This document shows positions 1 through 11,003 of a DNA stretch of 64,000 nt, piece by piece. Within the stretch, counting starts at the first letter, position 1. The number at the start of each line of letters is the position of its first letter. The stretch comes from Caecitellus pseudoparvulus. Its lineage: Eukaryota > Protista > Bigyra: Bicosoecida. Where the stretch lies: assembly GCA_965644315.1 (NCBI GenBank), contig CBFFRQ010000080.1, positions 62,001 to 126,000 on the forward strand. Reading direction: 5' to 3'. A program made the position numbers and the translations under genes. The notes under the pieces were generated by a model, which made no database searches, had not been told where the DNA came from, and saw only the letters and a list, made by a program, of their open reading frames with translations.

Positions 1-1021
1 GTGTTGGCCCGCTGCTTCCCCGCTCGGTCAAGCACGTGACCAGCGTGGCCAGCTGTCTGCCCACGAACATGCAACGCGGTTCCAAGCCCTGCAAATTGTC
101 TTCGTGCTGCTCAGCGAACCCAGCATTCGGCGTGAGTCTGGGACACTGCAGCAGGTGCTCAGGCCACTCGTGGCGGCCCTGGCAGCTGCCCTCTCGCAAC
201 GCTTGCCGGAGGGGGGTGGCGCGACGAAGCGGGCTGCCCGCTGTGCACACATGCTCACTGATTCCGCTGGCGGTGGGCAGTTCACATCTGTTCCGGATCG
301 AGAGCTGGCCTATGTCCTACTTTGCTTGTGTGTCGTGGTTGCTGACACCAGCATCAAGCTGCAGTCTTGGCAGGTGTGCGCGGACCAACCCAACCTGTCA
401 GCTGTCGTGCAGCAGCTGTTGGCAGGTGCACCCCCCGTGGAAGAGCTGCTGCGAACTGCCTTGCCAGGACAACGCGGGGCGTGCCTCGACTCCACAGAAC
501 TGCAAGCAGTGGCCAACCTTGCGCCGGCTCTGCAGCGGAGGCGGGCCCGGGGCGGATCTCGGACATCGCTGCCCCACGCACAGGGACAGCTGCCAACTCC
601 ACCCTCTTCCAGCCCTGGCCATGAGCTACTTCAAGCGGCAAGGCCTTTCCGCCACGAAGCACATGAGGGGGTGCCAGATCACCGCGCCGAGGCCGGACTG
701 AGCGAGGCGGCAATTCTCTCAAGCTCCGCTGGCCTTCGTCGACGCACGCAGGCGGCGAATGAGCCGAGGCTTGCCCCTGACGCTGTCGCAGCCTCAAGAG
801 GCACGAAGAGAGTACCAAGTACACCCCATCAAATGCTTGCGTTGGAATCCCAGACGCAGTCCCGCAAGACACCGCGACTGGGACCAGCTCGCGAACCTGG
901 GCCATCTCCCCACCAGCACCGCAGCAAGGGCACGAAACGTGCCAATCGGGAGTCCACCACGCAGCCCCATCCTGGTCTTCGAAGAAGCAAGCGCATACGA
1001 AACCTCAACGGTGGCCGCTAG
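1..1021 (+). CDS. 3' end of an uncharacterised protein (probably begins upstream of the window)
   Basis: Open frame to TAG at 1021. Helical Ala/Leu-rich segment, then a basic disordered tail ending in NLS-like RRSKRIR. No recognisable domain. Confidence 0.45.
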   Translation, partial: CWPAASPLGQARDQRGQLSAHEHATRFQALQIVFVLLSEPSIRRESGTLQQVLRPLVAALAAALSQRLPEGGGATKRAARCAHMLTDSAGGGQFTSVPDRELAYVLLCLCVVVADTSIKLQSWQVCADQPNLSAVVQQLLAGAPPVEELLRTALPGQRGACLDSTELQAVANLAPALQRRRARGGSRTSLPHAQGQLPTPPSSSPGHELLQAARPFRHEAHEGVPDHRAEAGLSEAAILSSSAGLRRRTQAANEPRLAPDAVAASRGTKRVPSTPHQMLALESQTQSRKTPRLGPAREPGPSPHQHRSKGTKRANRESTTQPHPGLRRSKRIRNLNGGR

Positions 1022-1377
1022 GCTTCACTGACAGCGAATCTGTGCTCCAGTTCTCTTCCCCTTGCGACGAACACTGGATAAGTCCATGGCCTGTTGAAGG
1101 GAGTCGTACACCAGCTGAGCGGTACAGTCGCAAACGCCAGTACAGGCCGCACAAATCAAAATCCGACAGACACGACCACTCCCGTGGCAAGATTGCGAGC
1201 TGGCGTCTGCCTTTGGTCCGAGCAGAGCTACAGCTCGTAGGGAATTCATCCATCCAGCGTTTCATGCCCGTTTCGTGAAAAGGATTGAGGGTGCCCGCCT
1301 TTCCCCGCCTGCAGTCCAGCAGCTGCCACGTGCGCGCTTGAGACAGGACATCTTTGCCTCCCATATTGGCATTGAAC

Positions 1378-4300
1378 ATGCTGCGCCGACTCGGAGCACG
1401 GTTCCGGGCTTGCTTGCTCCTCTGCCTTGCGCTCAATGCGGTCGCGGTGGAAGGCGGGGAGCCAGCTTCACCGTGTTTTCCGGGCTCGCCGCAGCCGGCT
1501 GTGCTTGGACAGGCAGAAGCTGAAGCAGCGCCTGGCATGCACAGAGTCCTTAGCAGCGAGTTTCCTGTCGAGCCTCCGGCAGCTCGCTTCGTGGAGCCGG
1601 GTCTGCAAGCTGGCAACCTGCAGCTCACAGCCGTGAATGCCACGTTTCTTGCGGGACACCTCTCTCTCGCCCTTGACGCAAGGGTGGAGGTCAACGCGCA
1701 CCACACTCTTCGGTACGAAAAGGAGTTCTGGGCTTTCTTCCAGTTCCAGTGGAAGCATTGCGAGCCGGGGCACTTCACAGCCCTGCAAAGCTTCCACTGC
1801 GACCGACAGGCCGCCACCGCGCCCTGGGGCATGGGCGGGGGCACGCTGCCTAGCAGCCTGAACGGAACGAACGCGGCGTTCCAGTGCAGCATGGAGTTCC
1901 CTGTGCCAGCACAGCCGACCCCTGAGGTGGTGTGCCACCTCCACCTCTGGAACGGACTGCGGTGGGAAGGCACTGGTTTCACAACTTCCGTTGTCGAGCT
2001 GCGTGGCCACCCGACCAAACTCGACGCATACCCTGCACTGCCGCGAAATGCCTTCTGCCATCTGTCTCCCTCTCGCCAGCCCATTTGCCCAGCCTTTCCC
2101 GAAGATGCGCACAAGGTCCACCACCCCGCCGCTGCGCAAGGCCAGGCATTCAACGCAAGCTTCTCGGTGGTGCTTCGAGTGCCCCTCAACGCACTAGTTC
2201 TGCGGACTTCGCCCGCCACGGCAATGTTTGACCGGGGTGCGCTGTGGAGTTCTGGTGCTAATGACTCGGCGCCTTCCCTCGTTGCCTGGGGTGACGGTGG
2301 ACTCCACAGCATCCCTGCGGCTGCAGCCTGTGACGCGTATGCAGTGGAACTGACCACGTCCAAGGCGGCGTCAACCTGTGCCGTGCTTCCATCTCAAGGT
2401 GGTGCCCGCTGCTTCGGAAAGAATCATAAGGGCACCATGACCGGTTCGCTGCTTGCGCTCACCAACGCGTCCATAGTGAGCATGCAGCCCAGCGAGGACA
2501 CGACATGCGCAGCGGCTTCCGATGCATCCACGCGATGCTGGGGCAGCAATAACTTCGGTGCGATGGGGACTGGAGCTGCAGGGAACGTTGATGTGTCCCC
2601 GCAAGACTCTGTGGGGGTCGACCTTGGTGGCCGCCTGTCTTTGGAGGTGGCGGGGAGTCGCGAGAGGATGTGCTCCCTCTTGTGGAGCGAAGCGGACAAC
2701 GCCACAAGCGTCATGTGCTGGGGGGATGCGAGCAGGGTCGGGATGGGAGATGGGGTCGAGTACGGGAGCATCACAGGGCCGGTTCCCGGGAATCGCTCCC
2801 TGCCACTGCTTGAGGACCAGGTTTGGCTGGGACAGCGGCCGCACCCTGTGTACATTTCAGCGGCAAGCATGGCTTGCACGGTCTTCAGCAATGGTCAAGC
2901 AGGTTGCTGGGGATCCCATAATGTTGGCGATGATGATGCCCACACCGAGCTTCTTCAGGAGAAAGCGTCCTTTAACAAGAGTACCTTGATTCCACTGGAG
3001 GCGTCGCTGCCGCGGTGCAGCAGCACCTGGCCGCCAGTACAGTACCCGTGCCTGCACCCTGACGCGTTCTTGGCCATTGTGGCCTTGGCTGTCAGCGATG
3101 ACAATGTGAAGAACACGGCGTGCGCCATCCTGCAAGATGGCTCTGTGGCTTGTTGGGGCGATGCTGGCCATGGTCTCCTAGCAGTGAATGCGTCCGCGTC
3201 CCCAACAGGCTCCCTATCTGACCTGCACCTCTACCTCAACACAAGCACGCCGAACAAGTGTGTCAATGATGAGATGGACGCTACGTTCGCTTGCTTGCCA
3301 ACTCTCATCCCCCTTGCTTCGCCTGGTGCCCCCGCATCCAGTCGAGTAGCAGTGGACTTGTGTGTTGGCAGCTCGCATGCTTGCGTTGTGCTTCTGTCTG
3401 GAGAGGTGGCTTGTTGGGGGGCCTTCTACTCTCAAGCTCTCGGGCGGCACGAAACCGACTACTTCCCTTTTCAGCGAGGGGAGCTCGGTGACGGTGACGT
3501 GGCGCTGGGGACAGCGCATCCCCTGGCACCCCACGGTGTGGCGACCGTGGATTTGGCCGGGGAAGTCGCCGTCAGTGTCAGCTGCAGTCGAAATCACACT
3601 TGCGCTCGCTTGCGCACGGGCGATGTGACGTGCTGGGGCTCCAACATGGATGGGCAATTGGGGGCTGCCTCCAGCTTCGCGAGCAGTGTGGGTGTGTCTG
3701 CCAGCGTGGCAGGGCAATCATCGCGAGGCGGTCGCCAACTGCTGCAGTCTGTTTCACAAGCACGCCGACCGAGCCCTCAATTGACGTACGCAGAGCTGGG
3801 CACTCAAGAAGGGCGTTGTGGTCACTGCGCCACGCTGAGAGTGCAGCAAGGTGCCAATGCCGCTCTCTCAAGCTGCAGCATTCAAGTGCACCGCCCAGCC
3901 TCAGAACTGCAGGTCAGCATGAACGGTGACACGAATTGCTTGCTGCAGGCTTCAGGTGATGTCACGTGCTGGAGCCCAAAGGGTAAAGGAAATCCGGGAT
4001 ATGGTTTCCAAGGTGAAGTCGGCAGTGACTGTGTGAATGCGCCACGGGGTCGTGTCGTGGACCTGGCAGCCAGGCAAACCCTGCAGCTGTCCTCATCAAG
4101 GTCAACCATTTGCGCCATCGTTGCACGCCCGAGACACGGCGTGGACTCAAGAAGCACGTTTTCCAGTCCTCAGCCCCACAGACTTCGCGATGTGGTGTGC
4201 TGGAGCTCAAGCGACGCAAGCGACCAGAACTCTGGAAGGCTCGCTGCAGTCCTTGGCCAAGGCTTGCCTGGAGACTTCGGTGCTGGACTGACCAGTCTTA

Positions 4301-7300
4301 TCGGCTCTGCTGCCATTGACCTGTCTGGAATTGACCAGTGGGTCGCAGCACAGCCGAGTGCAAGCGTCTTCAGCGGAGTGCCTAGGCAGGTGTCAGTGGA
4401 CCGCACTGTGGCGTGTGTGGTGGACTTGGAAGGCAGTATGTGGTGCTGGGGTGATGCCCAAAGCCTAAGTGGGATTGGTTATGACCTCGAATCGATTGAG
4501 AATGACGATGCTTTCTATACTGACACTCTCTTGGGTGGAGACCCGCTCTTGCTTCGGCCTCCTTCGCAGCCGGTGGATGTAGCTGGTCGCAGCGTTCTGC
4601 AGGTCTCTGTCTTTTCAAGGCAGTCTTGCGTGATTGCGAGTGCGTATCGGTGCGAAGAGGCACTTTCCTTGGTGCAGTCCTTGGAGAACGGGACCGTGTG
4701 GCTTGAAGACTTCAAGCCGCAGTGGCTGGATAGTGCGTCGGCTGAAGAGGCTGCATCGTACCACCCTTGCAACGGAGGTGGGGCGTTGGATGCAATGGTC
4801 TCCCCCGATGGGCCTGGGAACTTCACCATGGTGAATGCTTCCCACAGTCTTCGTGAGCTGGTGCAGGGGACTGGCTTTGTTTCTGGGGGTGCTGTGTGCG
4901 TTGGAAGCAACGGAAGAAGCCAGCTTGGGGAGCGAGCATCTGACCTTGGGCCGAGCGCTGACACGTACGGCAACCGCACTCTGGATCTCGGTGGGCGGAC
5001 TCTTGTTCAGATTCAAGCAAGCAGCAAGGTTGCATGTGCCCTTGTGTCAAGTGGGCATGTTCTTTGCTGGGGTGAAAATGTTCATGGAGGGATTGGGCGC
5101 CCGGATGACTTAACCCAGATTCTCGATGATGACTACGGAGCAGCAAGTCCCACTGGGACGCTGGAATTCGGCCAAGGCCGCGCCTTCCAAGCTCTTGTGG
5201 GTATCACTTCAGGAGGTGGCACATCGTGTGGTTGGGACAGTGCAGGCAATGTGTTGTGCTGGGGTCGTGCCCTGCCAAGTGTTGCTTCCACGATTGCCCT
5301 TGGTCCAGCAGCTGCAGGAGAGGACCCTCAAGATTTCTTGGAGAATACGGCCAGGTGGGCTCTCGCTGATGTTGTGGGTGTTCCAGATGGAGTTACGTCT
5401 GTGACCCTTGATCCACGGAACCTGGGCTCTTTAGCCATGTGTGGCGTGGCCCATGGGTCAACTCCGTGGTGCATTAGTCACGCTGCTGCCTCCTACCCAT
5501 ACCTCCCTGGTGAGTCCCCAGAGCAGGCTGTCCCTGTTCAGGTTGATTTCGGCGACATCGTGCTGCCACCAAGTTACTCCTTCGTCGGGCTCAGTCCTGA
5601 CTTCTCGCTGTGGAAGGGTGCGACAAGCACGCACAGCACTGGACACATTCCTGACTCGTTGTCATTCGTGTGCAGTGCCTGTCGCGCTGGCCAGGTCAGG
5701 AGTTTCCCCCCGTGGGTGGCAACAAAGAGCAGCATCGTGAGCCTTCCCATTCCCTCCAGCTTTGTTGAGCTTGGGCAAGCCTGCAGCATCGCAGGGCTGC
5801 CCCTGACACGCGTTGGCCCTTGGGAAAGTGCGTGTGTGTGGCCTGAGGACTGGGAATCCAGCCCCACCGGGCTGTCTGTGACAGGTGTTCAAGGAGTGGG
5901 GGGTGTGCCTTCCCAGCTCTCCGCTGCAGGTGGAGATGTTGTGCGGTTGCACGGCAATTTCTGGGGCCTTGCTTTGCTTGCTCCAGAGCTGCCGGGGGTG
6001 TCCTTCGGCCCCATTCCCTGCCGTGGTGTGGCAATCGTGAACGCTTCTCGCACGCTCACGTGTGTGTCTGGAGAGGTGCCGTCCGTACTCATGACCCAGG
6101 GTGGGGCTGAGCTCACCATTCAGCACAGCATGCCCCACTTGGCTTCACCGTGGAACAGCAACTTCACTGTCGCTGTTCAACCTCCCGTGATCCTTCGCGT
6201 GGACAAGCAACAGCTTGGTCCTGGCTCTACAAACATCACTGTGTTCGGGCGCAACTTTGGGGTTCCAGGCTCGACCAGCCCGCAAGGCTATTCACCAGGG
6301 CCAGTGTCGGTGACTGTGAACTCCGTGGCACCGTGCACCTCTTTGGTGCTGCTCAGTGACTCCTCCCTTTCCTGCACAGTCCTTGGGGGAGTCGGCGAGG
6401 CCATGCTTCAGGTCGAAGTTCGCGGGCAACGCAGTGCAGCGTTTCAAGTTCCCTTTGTGAAGCCCGCTGCGCCTGTGGGGGCAGTGACTCCCCCCACCCT
6501 GCTTGTTCCTGCCCCTGGCTTTGCCACCCTCGCCACGCTCACCGTCGCTGCCACATACATCGCACCTCTGGGTGCGGAAGTGTCTGTGTGTCTGCAGTCT
6601 GGAGCGGCCCCATGCCTCCCCTGTCCGTCAGTCCTTCAGCTATCCACAGCAACCGTGCAGTGTGCCGGCTTCGATACCTCTGCCCTCTCGGGCTCGAGCT
6701 CAGGGGCATCGACAGCGGCGGTGCGCTTGAGCGTGCGACACTGCACTGTCCTGGCCAATGGCACGTGCTTGCAAGACCCAACTCCCGCCTTCGAGCGCCT
6801 GGAGCTTGAACGAGCAGTGGAGGTGCTCGCGGGCCCTGTGCTGCGCTCGTTGGATCCGCCAGAGCTCCCGAGGCAAGGTGGCTCGCTGACACTGTATGGT
6901 GCCACACTGTACCCATCTAGCGCAAGTGACGGCCAACTGCTGCCAGCGGGGTTGATGAACATCACACTTGGACCTTCGCATCGAGAATGCCATGCTCCAA
7001 CGGCATGGCAAGGCGGAGTGCGGTGTTCTGTCGGGCCAGGGGTTGGCACACTCAGCCCCGTTTACATGCAACGGGCGGGGGGTTGGCGGGCCAACCTCAC
7101 GGCTGCCTTGCGGCATGAACCCGCGGTTGTGGCTTCTCTGTGGCCGCATGAGGTGGTGTTCCCACCCCCTCAATTGGAAGGGAACATGACAGTCAGCATT
7201 GCTCTGGTTGGCGAAGGCTTCTCTGCGAACCAATCTGCCCTGACCCCGACCGCCACGCTGTCATTCGGAGGAGCAAGCTGTGCAAACACGAGTGTTCTCA

Positions 7301-10300
7301 ACAGCACCCACATCGCCTGCATGGGCCTCCCCCTCGCTGCGCTTCTGCGAGGCGGCGCCAGCTCGCCGATGCTGTACACTCCTTCCCTCAATGTGCAGGG
7401 CGTGCCTGCCGAAGCTGCTAGCGGACTCTCCCTTTCTGTGCTTCCGCGGTTGCGCCTGTCCAGCGTGCTGCCTGTGGTAGTGTCTGCTCTGGGGGGCATG
7501 GAAGTGCGAGTGTTCGGCACTGGGTTCCCTTCGCTGTCCCCCGCTCCCAGCGTCGCGGTTGGCGCAGCACCCTGCGCGAATGTCACTGTCCAGTCGAGCA
7601 CCGCACTCACCTGCGTCGTTCCCCCGTTGGCAGTGGCTTTACCTGGCTCCGAGCAAGCGCAGTCAGCAGCAGCGGCCGTGGTCGTGTCTCTTCCCAACGG
7701 CGTCAGCACACAGCTTCCCAGTGCCATCACATACGTGAAGCCGACAGTCTCTGCCGTGCTTCCCTCTGAGGTGCTGAAGCGCGCTCCCGGAAGCACGGCA
7801 ACGCAAACAATTCTGGTGCGCGGGAGCAGCTTGTCACCCTCTGACTTGCAGCCACCTCAGCGAGCCGCCGTGGAGGCTGCCACAACTGTGCTCTTCCCGG
7901 GCGGGCAAGACTGTCGTGCTCTGGGGGGCAGCATCGAGTTGGACGTGCAGCTGGGGCGGTTTGTGCGGTGTGTAGGCATGTCCACCGCCACCTTGCGCAT
8001 GCAGCCACTGAGCGCTGCTGCGAACGTCAGCGTCGTGACGTGGCAAGGCTTGGTGGGCACGTCCCCTCCAGGCTCCTTCCGAGTCCTGCCTGCTCCACAC
8101 GTCACGCAGGTGTCCCCCAGCGAAGTCTCGCCCGGGCAAGTGGTCACTGTGCAGGGCCAAGACTTGGCCTTCATTCAAGAAGTACACCTCGTGCCACCTG
8201 CTCCAGGGCAGACGCTGGTGGTGTCTGGCACAACGCCGCTAGGCAGGTCTGCCCTCAGCTTCATTGCCCCTGCTCCGCCCTCTGGGAGGAGCCTGCCCAC
8301 GTACCAAGTCCGGGTCGTGTCTCAAGCTGGCTGGGTAAGCAATACGCCTGGCACTGAGGCAGCCTTGCTCGCTGACCTGGGCGTGGCCAGCCCAGAGACA
8401 GCACCCGAGCAGCGCTCCCTTTCCTTCGAGCAGGACCCCTTCCCCCCCACGCTGCCTCCGGGTGGTGTCTGCGCCAGGCGAGGCGAAGCGGCTGACGCTT
8501 CCCGCATCTCCATTTCTTTGTCGCCCCCTGACGACCTTGCCGTGCGGCAGTTCGGCATTTCGGGCTGGGTGGTCCGTGTCTCCGCCAGCCAGGATGGAGA
8601 AGCCACGACAACCCTCCTGCCGTCGGCTGCCACGTCCGTGCAAGACCCCGCCACTGACGCCTGCGCCTCGGAAGTGCCGAGCAGTCCTCTGTTGAACGCA
8701 GCCTTCGGAGCCCCCGCCCTGCCAACAGGGCGGCGAGACCAGGCCGGCCCTGCTCGCCGGGCGCTGGTCGTGGAAAGCACCATTGCAGGCCCCGTTTGGG
8801 TGTCGGTGGCAGCTGTGACAGATCTCAGCAGGCCCGGCTCCTCCACAGGACCTTGGTCTCCACCACACGGGCCAGTCTTTGCAGGTTGCACACAGCGTGA
8901 GTACCTGTCCACCCAAGTTCTTGCGAGTGTGCCCTTGCCTCCGAATGCTGCAGTGGCCTCACAGATCACGTGCCGGGACTGCCCGGATGGGGCTTCGTGT
9001 GCAGGCCTGCCGTGGGAAGCTGTGCAGCCACAGCCCGGCTTTGCACGCGTGCCTTGGGCGCAAGATGGCCTCACATTTCACCAGTGCGATGTCGCCCAGT
9101 CCTGCCCGGGGGTGTCACCGAACAGCAGCGTGTTTTGGGCAGCGCCGTCCCAGACCGGCCCCGGCAATTCTTCTGTTTCTCTGCAGCAAGTGCACGCAGA
9201 GTGTGCACCGGGCTACATTGGGCAGCTGTGCTCCTCGTGTGAGCCTGGCTTCACCCTGGACGCTGCTGGGCAGTGTGTGGCGTGTGTCAGTGAAGGGCTG
9301 GCTTGGCTGGGGCTGGTGGGCGGCTGCTTGCTCGCCGCAGCGGTGTTGGGGGCGCTTATTCGCACCGCGCTGCGCTCCCACGGCAGCCCCACGCGGCCCA
9401 TCGTCGCACTTGGCAAGCTCCTGCTGACCCACTTGCAGCAAGTTGCCATCGCTTCCACCTTCCCGTTCAATTGGCCAGCCTCGTTGGAAGGCCTCTTCGC
9501 CGCCTTCGACACGACTTCCTCTGTGTCTGATGCGGTGCTGTCTGTGGACTGTGTGGCACGGCGAGAGACCAATGTGTTCCGCTCAGGCATCGTTGCGCAG
9601 CTGTCGCTGCCCTTTGTTGTGGCTGTGGCACTTGCTGCGTTCTGGGCGGCTTGGCATTGGTGGCATGTGCGTAGCGCACGAGCGGCCTCCACTGCTCAGC
9701 AGCAAGGCCAAAGCGTGCCGGTGTTGCAGCGACGCAACCCGCTCTCGGCTGGTGGTGCTGCTTTTGATGATTCGCCTGCTCTGTCATCCGAGACTGAGGT
9801 GGACATCAGCACGCAAGCCAAGTTCTGGCTCTCCATTCGCGTGGCAGCCTTCGTCCTGCACATGCCGCTGACACGGGCTGCGCTTCGAGTGATGACGTGC
9901 ACCGCATTGCACGGGCGACATGTGCTTGTGGAGCACATGGACACTGACTGTGACGACCCGGCCAATGCGGCGTGGATGTTGGGGTTGGGCATTCCAGGTA
10001 TGCTGCTGTATGGAGTGGGCATCCCTGCCTGGTTCCTGGCCACAGTCTTGTCCCTGCGGGGTAAGCTTCAAACACCTGCGGTGCGTGCAGAGTTTGGCTT
10101 CACCTACTCCAACTACACCCCCTCCGCATTCTACTGGGAAGCCGTCATCATGACCCGCAAAATGTTGCTGGCTGTTGTTGCAGTGGCACTGCAGGCAGGG
10201 TCCACTGGCGTGCAGAGCATGGCTGCTGCCATGGTCATGCTGCTGGCCCTGCTCGTGCATGAAGGTGTGGGCCCCTACCGCAATGGCCTGCTCAACCGAA

Positions 10301-10641
10301 TCGAAAGTGCGTCCATCGTCGTGGCGGCCTTCACCCTCTCGGGGGGCTCTGCCCTCGTAGACCAGGAGACGGGGCCTGTCGTAGCTGAGGTCATTTCTGT
10401 TGGCCTCGTCATTGTCAACGTCATCTTTGTGCTCACGGTGGTTGTTTTGGGGGTCTTGGTCCTTTCCAAAGACGATGCTGCTCGCCAGGCAGTGGCCAGG
10501 GCTGTCGCACGCTTCACGCGTGTGGCGAGCAAAGCGCGGAAACCAGCGTCGCCACCCTCAACCACGCCTACTCAGGCGTCGAGCGCTGTGCCCAAGCAGT
10601 CCTTGGTGGGTCGGAAGCTGCGCCAGTCAGCTGGCGTGTAA
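1378..10641 (+). CDS. Large secreted multi-pass membrane receptor-like protein (signal peptide, CWG/RCC1-like repeats, IPT/TIG repeats, Cys-rich region, ~8-9 TM helices)
   Basis: Single 9.26-kb ORF; first ATG at 1378 gives signal peptide MLRRLGARFRACLLLCLALNAVA. About 14 C-x(n)-CWG-type motifs (~2380-5480). IPT-like repeats such as GGMEVRVFGTGF..V.VG..PC.NV..SSTALTCVVP (~5900-8350). Cys-rich CAPGYIGQLCSSCEPGF (~8885-9290). TM block containing FYWEAVIMTRKMLL (~9300-10470). Confidence 0.85.
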   Translation: MLRRLGARFRACLLLCLALNAVAVEGGEPASPCFPGSPQPAVLGQAEAEAAPGMHRVLSSEFPVEPPAARFVEPGLQAGNLQLTAVNATFLAGHLSLALDARVEVNAHHTLRYEKEFWAFFQFQWKHCEPGHFTALQSFHCDRQAATAPWGMGGGTLPSSLNGTNAAFQCSMEFPVPAQPTPEVVCHLHLWNGLRWEGTGFTTSVVELRGHPTKLDAYPALPRNAFCHLSPSRQPICPAFPEDAHKVHHPAAAQGQAFNASFSVVLRVPLNALVLRTSPATAMFDRGALWSSGANDSAPSLVAWGDGGLHSIPAAAACDAYAVELTTSKAASTCAVLPSQGGARCFGKNHKGTMTGSLLALTNASIVSMQPSEDTTCAAASDASTRCWGSNNFGAMGTGAAGNVDVSPQDSVGVDLGGRLSLEVAGSRERMCSLLWSEADNATSVMCWGDASRVGMGDGVEYGSITGPVPGNRSLPLLEDQVWLGQRPHPVYISAASMACTVFSNGQAGCWGSHNVGDDDAHTELLQEKASFNKSTLIPLEASLPRCSSTWPPVQYPCLHPDAFLAIVALAVSDDNVKNTACAILQDGSVACWGDAGHGLLAVNASASPTGSLSDLHLYLNTSTPNKCVNDEMDATFACLPTLIPLASPGAPASSRVAVDLCVGSSHACVVLLSGEVACWGAFYSQALGRHETDYFPFQRGELGDGDVALGTAHPLAPHGVATVDLAGEVAVSVSCSRNHTCARLRTGDVTCWGSNMDGQLGAASSFASSVGVSASVAGQSSRGGRQLLQSVSQARRPSPQLTYAELGTQEGRCGHCATLRVQQGANAALSSCSIQVHRPASELQVSMNGDTNCLLQASGDVTCWSPKGKGNPGYGFQGEVGSDCVNAPRGRVVDLAARQTLQLSSSRSTICAIVARPRHGVDSRSTFSSPQPHRLRDVVCWSSSDASDQNSGRLAAVLGQGLPGDFGAGLTSLIGSAAIDLSGIDQWVAAQPSASVFSGVPRQVSVDRTVACVVDLEGSMWCWGDAQSLSGIGYDLESIENDDAFYTDTLLGGDPLLLRPPSQPVDVAGRSVLQVSVFSRQSCVIASAYRCEEALSLVQSLENGTVWLEDFKPQWLDSASAEEAASYHPCNGGGALDAMVSPDGPGNFTMVNASHSLRELVQGTGFVSGGAVCVGSNGRSQLGERASDLGPSADTYGNRTLDLGGRTLVQIQASSKVACALVSSGHVLCWGENVHGGIGRPDDLTQILDDDYGAASPTGTLEFGQGRAFQALVGITSGGGTSCGWDSAGNVLCWGRALPSVASTIALGPAAAGEDPQDFLENTARWALADVVGVPDGVTSVTLDPRNLGSLAMCGVAHGSTPWCISHAAASYPYLPGESPEQAVPVQVDFGDIVLPPSYSFVGLSPDFSLWKGATSTHSTGHIPDSLSFVCSACRAGQVRSFPPWVATKSSIVSLPIPSSFVELGQACSIAGLPLTRVGPWESACVWPEDWESSPTGLSVTGVQGVGGVPSQLSAAGGDVVRLHGNFWGLALLAPELPGVSFGPIPCRGVAIVNASRTLTCVSGEVPSVLMTQGGAELTIQHSMPHLASPWNSNFTVAVQPPVILRVDKQQLGPGSTNITVFGRNFGVPGSTSPQGYSPGPVSVTVNSVAPCTSLVLLSDSSLSCTVLGGVGEAMLQVEVRGQRSAAFQVPFVKPAAPVGAVTPPTLLVPAPGFATLATLTVAATYIAPLGAEVSVCLQSGAAPCLPCPSVLQLSTATVQCAGFDTSALSGSSSGASTAAVRLSVRHCTVLANGTCLQDPTPAFERLELERAVEVLAGPVLRSLDPPELPRQGGSLTLYGATLYPSSASDGQLLPAGLMNITLGPSHRECHAPTAWQGGVRCSVGPGVGTLSPVYMQRAGGWRANLTAALRHEPAVVASLWPHEVVFPPPQLEGNMTVSIALVGEGFSANQSALTPTATLSFGGASCANTSVLNSTHIACMGLPLAALLRGGASSPMLYTPSLNVQGVPAEAASGLSLSVLPRLRLSSVLPVVVSALGGMEVRVFGTGFPSLSPAPSVAVGAAPCANVTVQSSTALTCVVPPLAVALPGSEQAQSAAAAVVVSLPNGVSTQLPSAITYVKPTVSAVLPSEVLKRAPGSTATQTILVRGSSLSPSDLQPPQRAAVEAATTVLFPGGQDCRALGGSIELDVQLGRFVRCVGMSTATLRMQPLSAAANVSVVTWQGLVGTSPPGSFRVLPAPHVTQVSPSEVSPGQVVTVQGQDLAFIQEVHLVPPAPGQTLVVSGTTPLGRSALSFIAPAPPSGRSLPTYQVRVVSQAGWVSNTPGTEAALLADLGVASPETAPEQRSLSFEQDPFPPTLPPGGVCARRGEAADASRISISLSPPDDLAVRQFGISGWVVRVSASQDGEATTTLLPSAATSVQDPATDACASEVPSSPLLNAAFGAPALPTGRRDQAGPARRALVVESTIAGPVWVSVAAVTDLSRPGSSTGPWSPPHGPVFAGCTQREYLSTQVLASVPLPPNAAVASQITCRDCPDGASCAGLPWEAVQPQPGFARVPWAQDGLTFHQCDVAQSCPGVSPNSSVFWAAPSQTGPGNSSVSLQQVHAECAPGYIGQLCSSCEPGFTLDAAGQCVACVSEGLAWLGLVGGCLLAAAVLGALIRTALRSHGSPTRPIVALGKLLLTHLQQVAIASTFPFNWPASLEGLFAAFDTTSSVSDAVLSVDCVARRETNVFRSGIVAQLSLPFVVAVALAAFWAAWHWWHVRSARAASTAQQQGQSVPVLQRRNPLSAGGAAFDDSPALSSETEVDISTQAKFWLSIRVAAFVLHMPLTRAALRVMTCTALHGRHVLVEHMDTDCDDPANAAWMLGLGIPGMLLYGVGIPAWFLATVLSLRGKLQTPAVRAEFGFTYSNYTPSAFYWEAVIMTRKMLLAVVAVALQAGSTGVQSMAAAMVMLLALLVHEGVGPYRNGLLNRIESASIVVAAFTLSGGSALVDQETGPVVAEVISVGLVIVNVIFVLTVVVLGVLVLSKDDAARQAVARAVARFTRVASKARKPASPPSTTPTQASSAVPKQSLVGRKLRQSAGV

Positions 10642-11003
10642 AGCAGCGGTGCGTGTGAAGTTGATGTGTGTGTGTGTACAGTTTTCTAATGCAATGCACT
10701 ACTTCGCAGAGAACCTTGCTATGGTATGTATCATCGCGCTAATGCCTAGGTTAGGGAGATATGCACGGCCCCTATTTTCTTAGCTGCACTGCTTCATACA
10801 CGCCATATTGCACAATTTTCCCTGAAAACCAAAAACAAGTATGATGAAGCATGTGCCGACCCAATCTCTGTCTAGGAAAAAGCTGGAACTCGCCCATTCA
10901 CGCGAGCCCCGCTTCGCCGACCGATTGTGAGCAACAGACACGCTGAGCAGCATCGGCTGTAGGATAGCTTCAGCTGATCGCACGGCGACAGACCAACGCA
11001 ACC

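Noticed and set aside
10642-11003. Possible FMN riboswitch upstream of riboflavin synthase
   Set aside because: No RFN consensus segments seen, and the context is eukaryotic.
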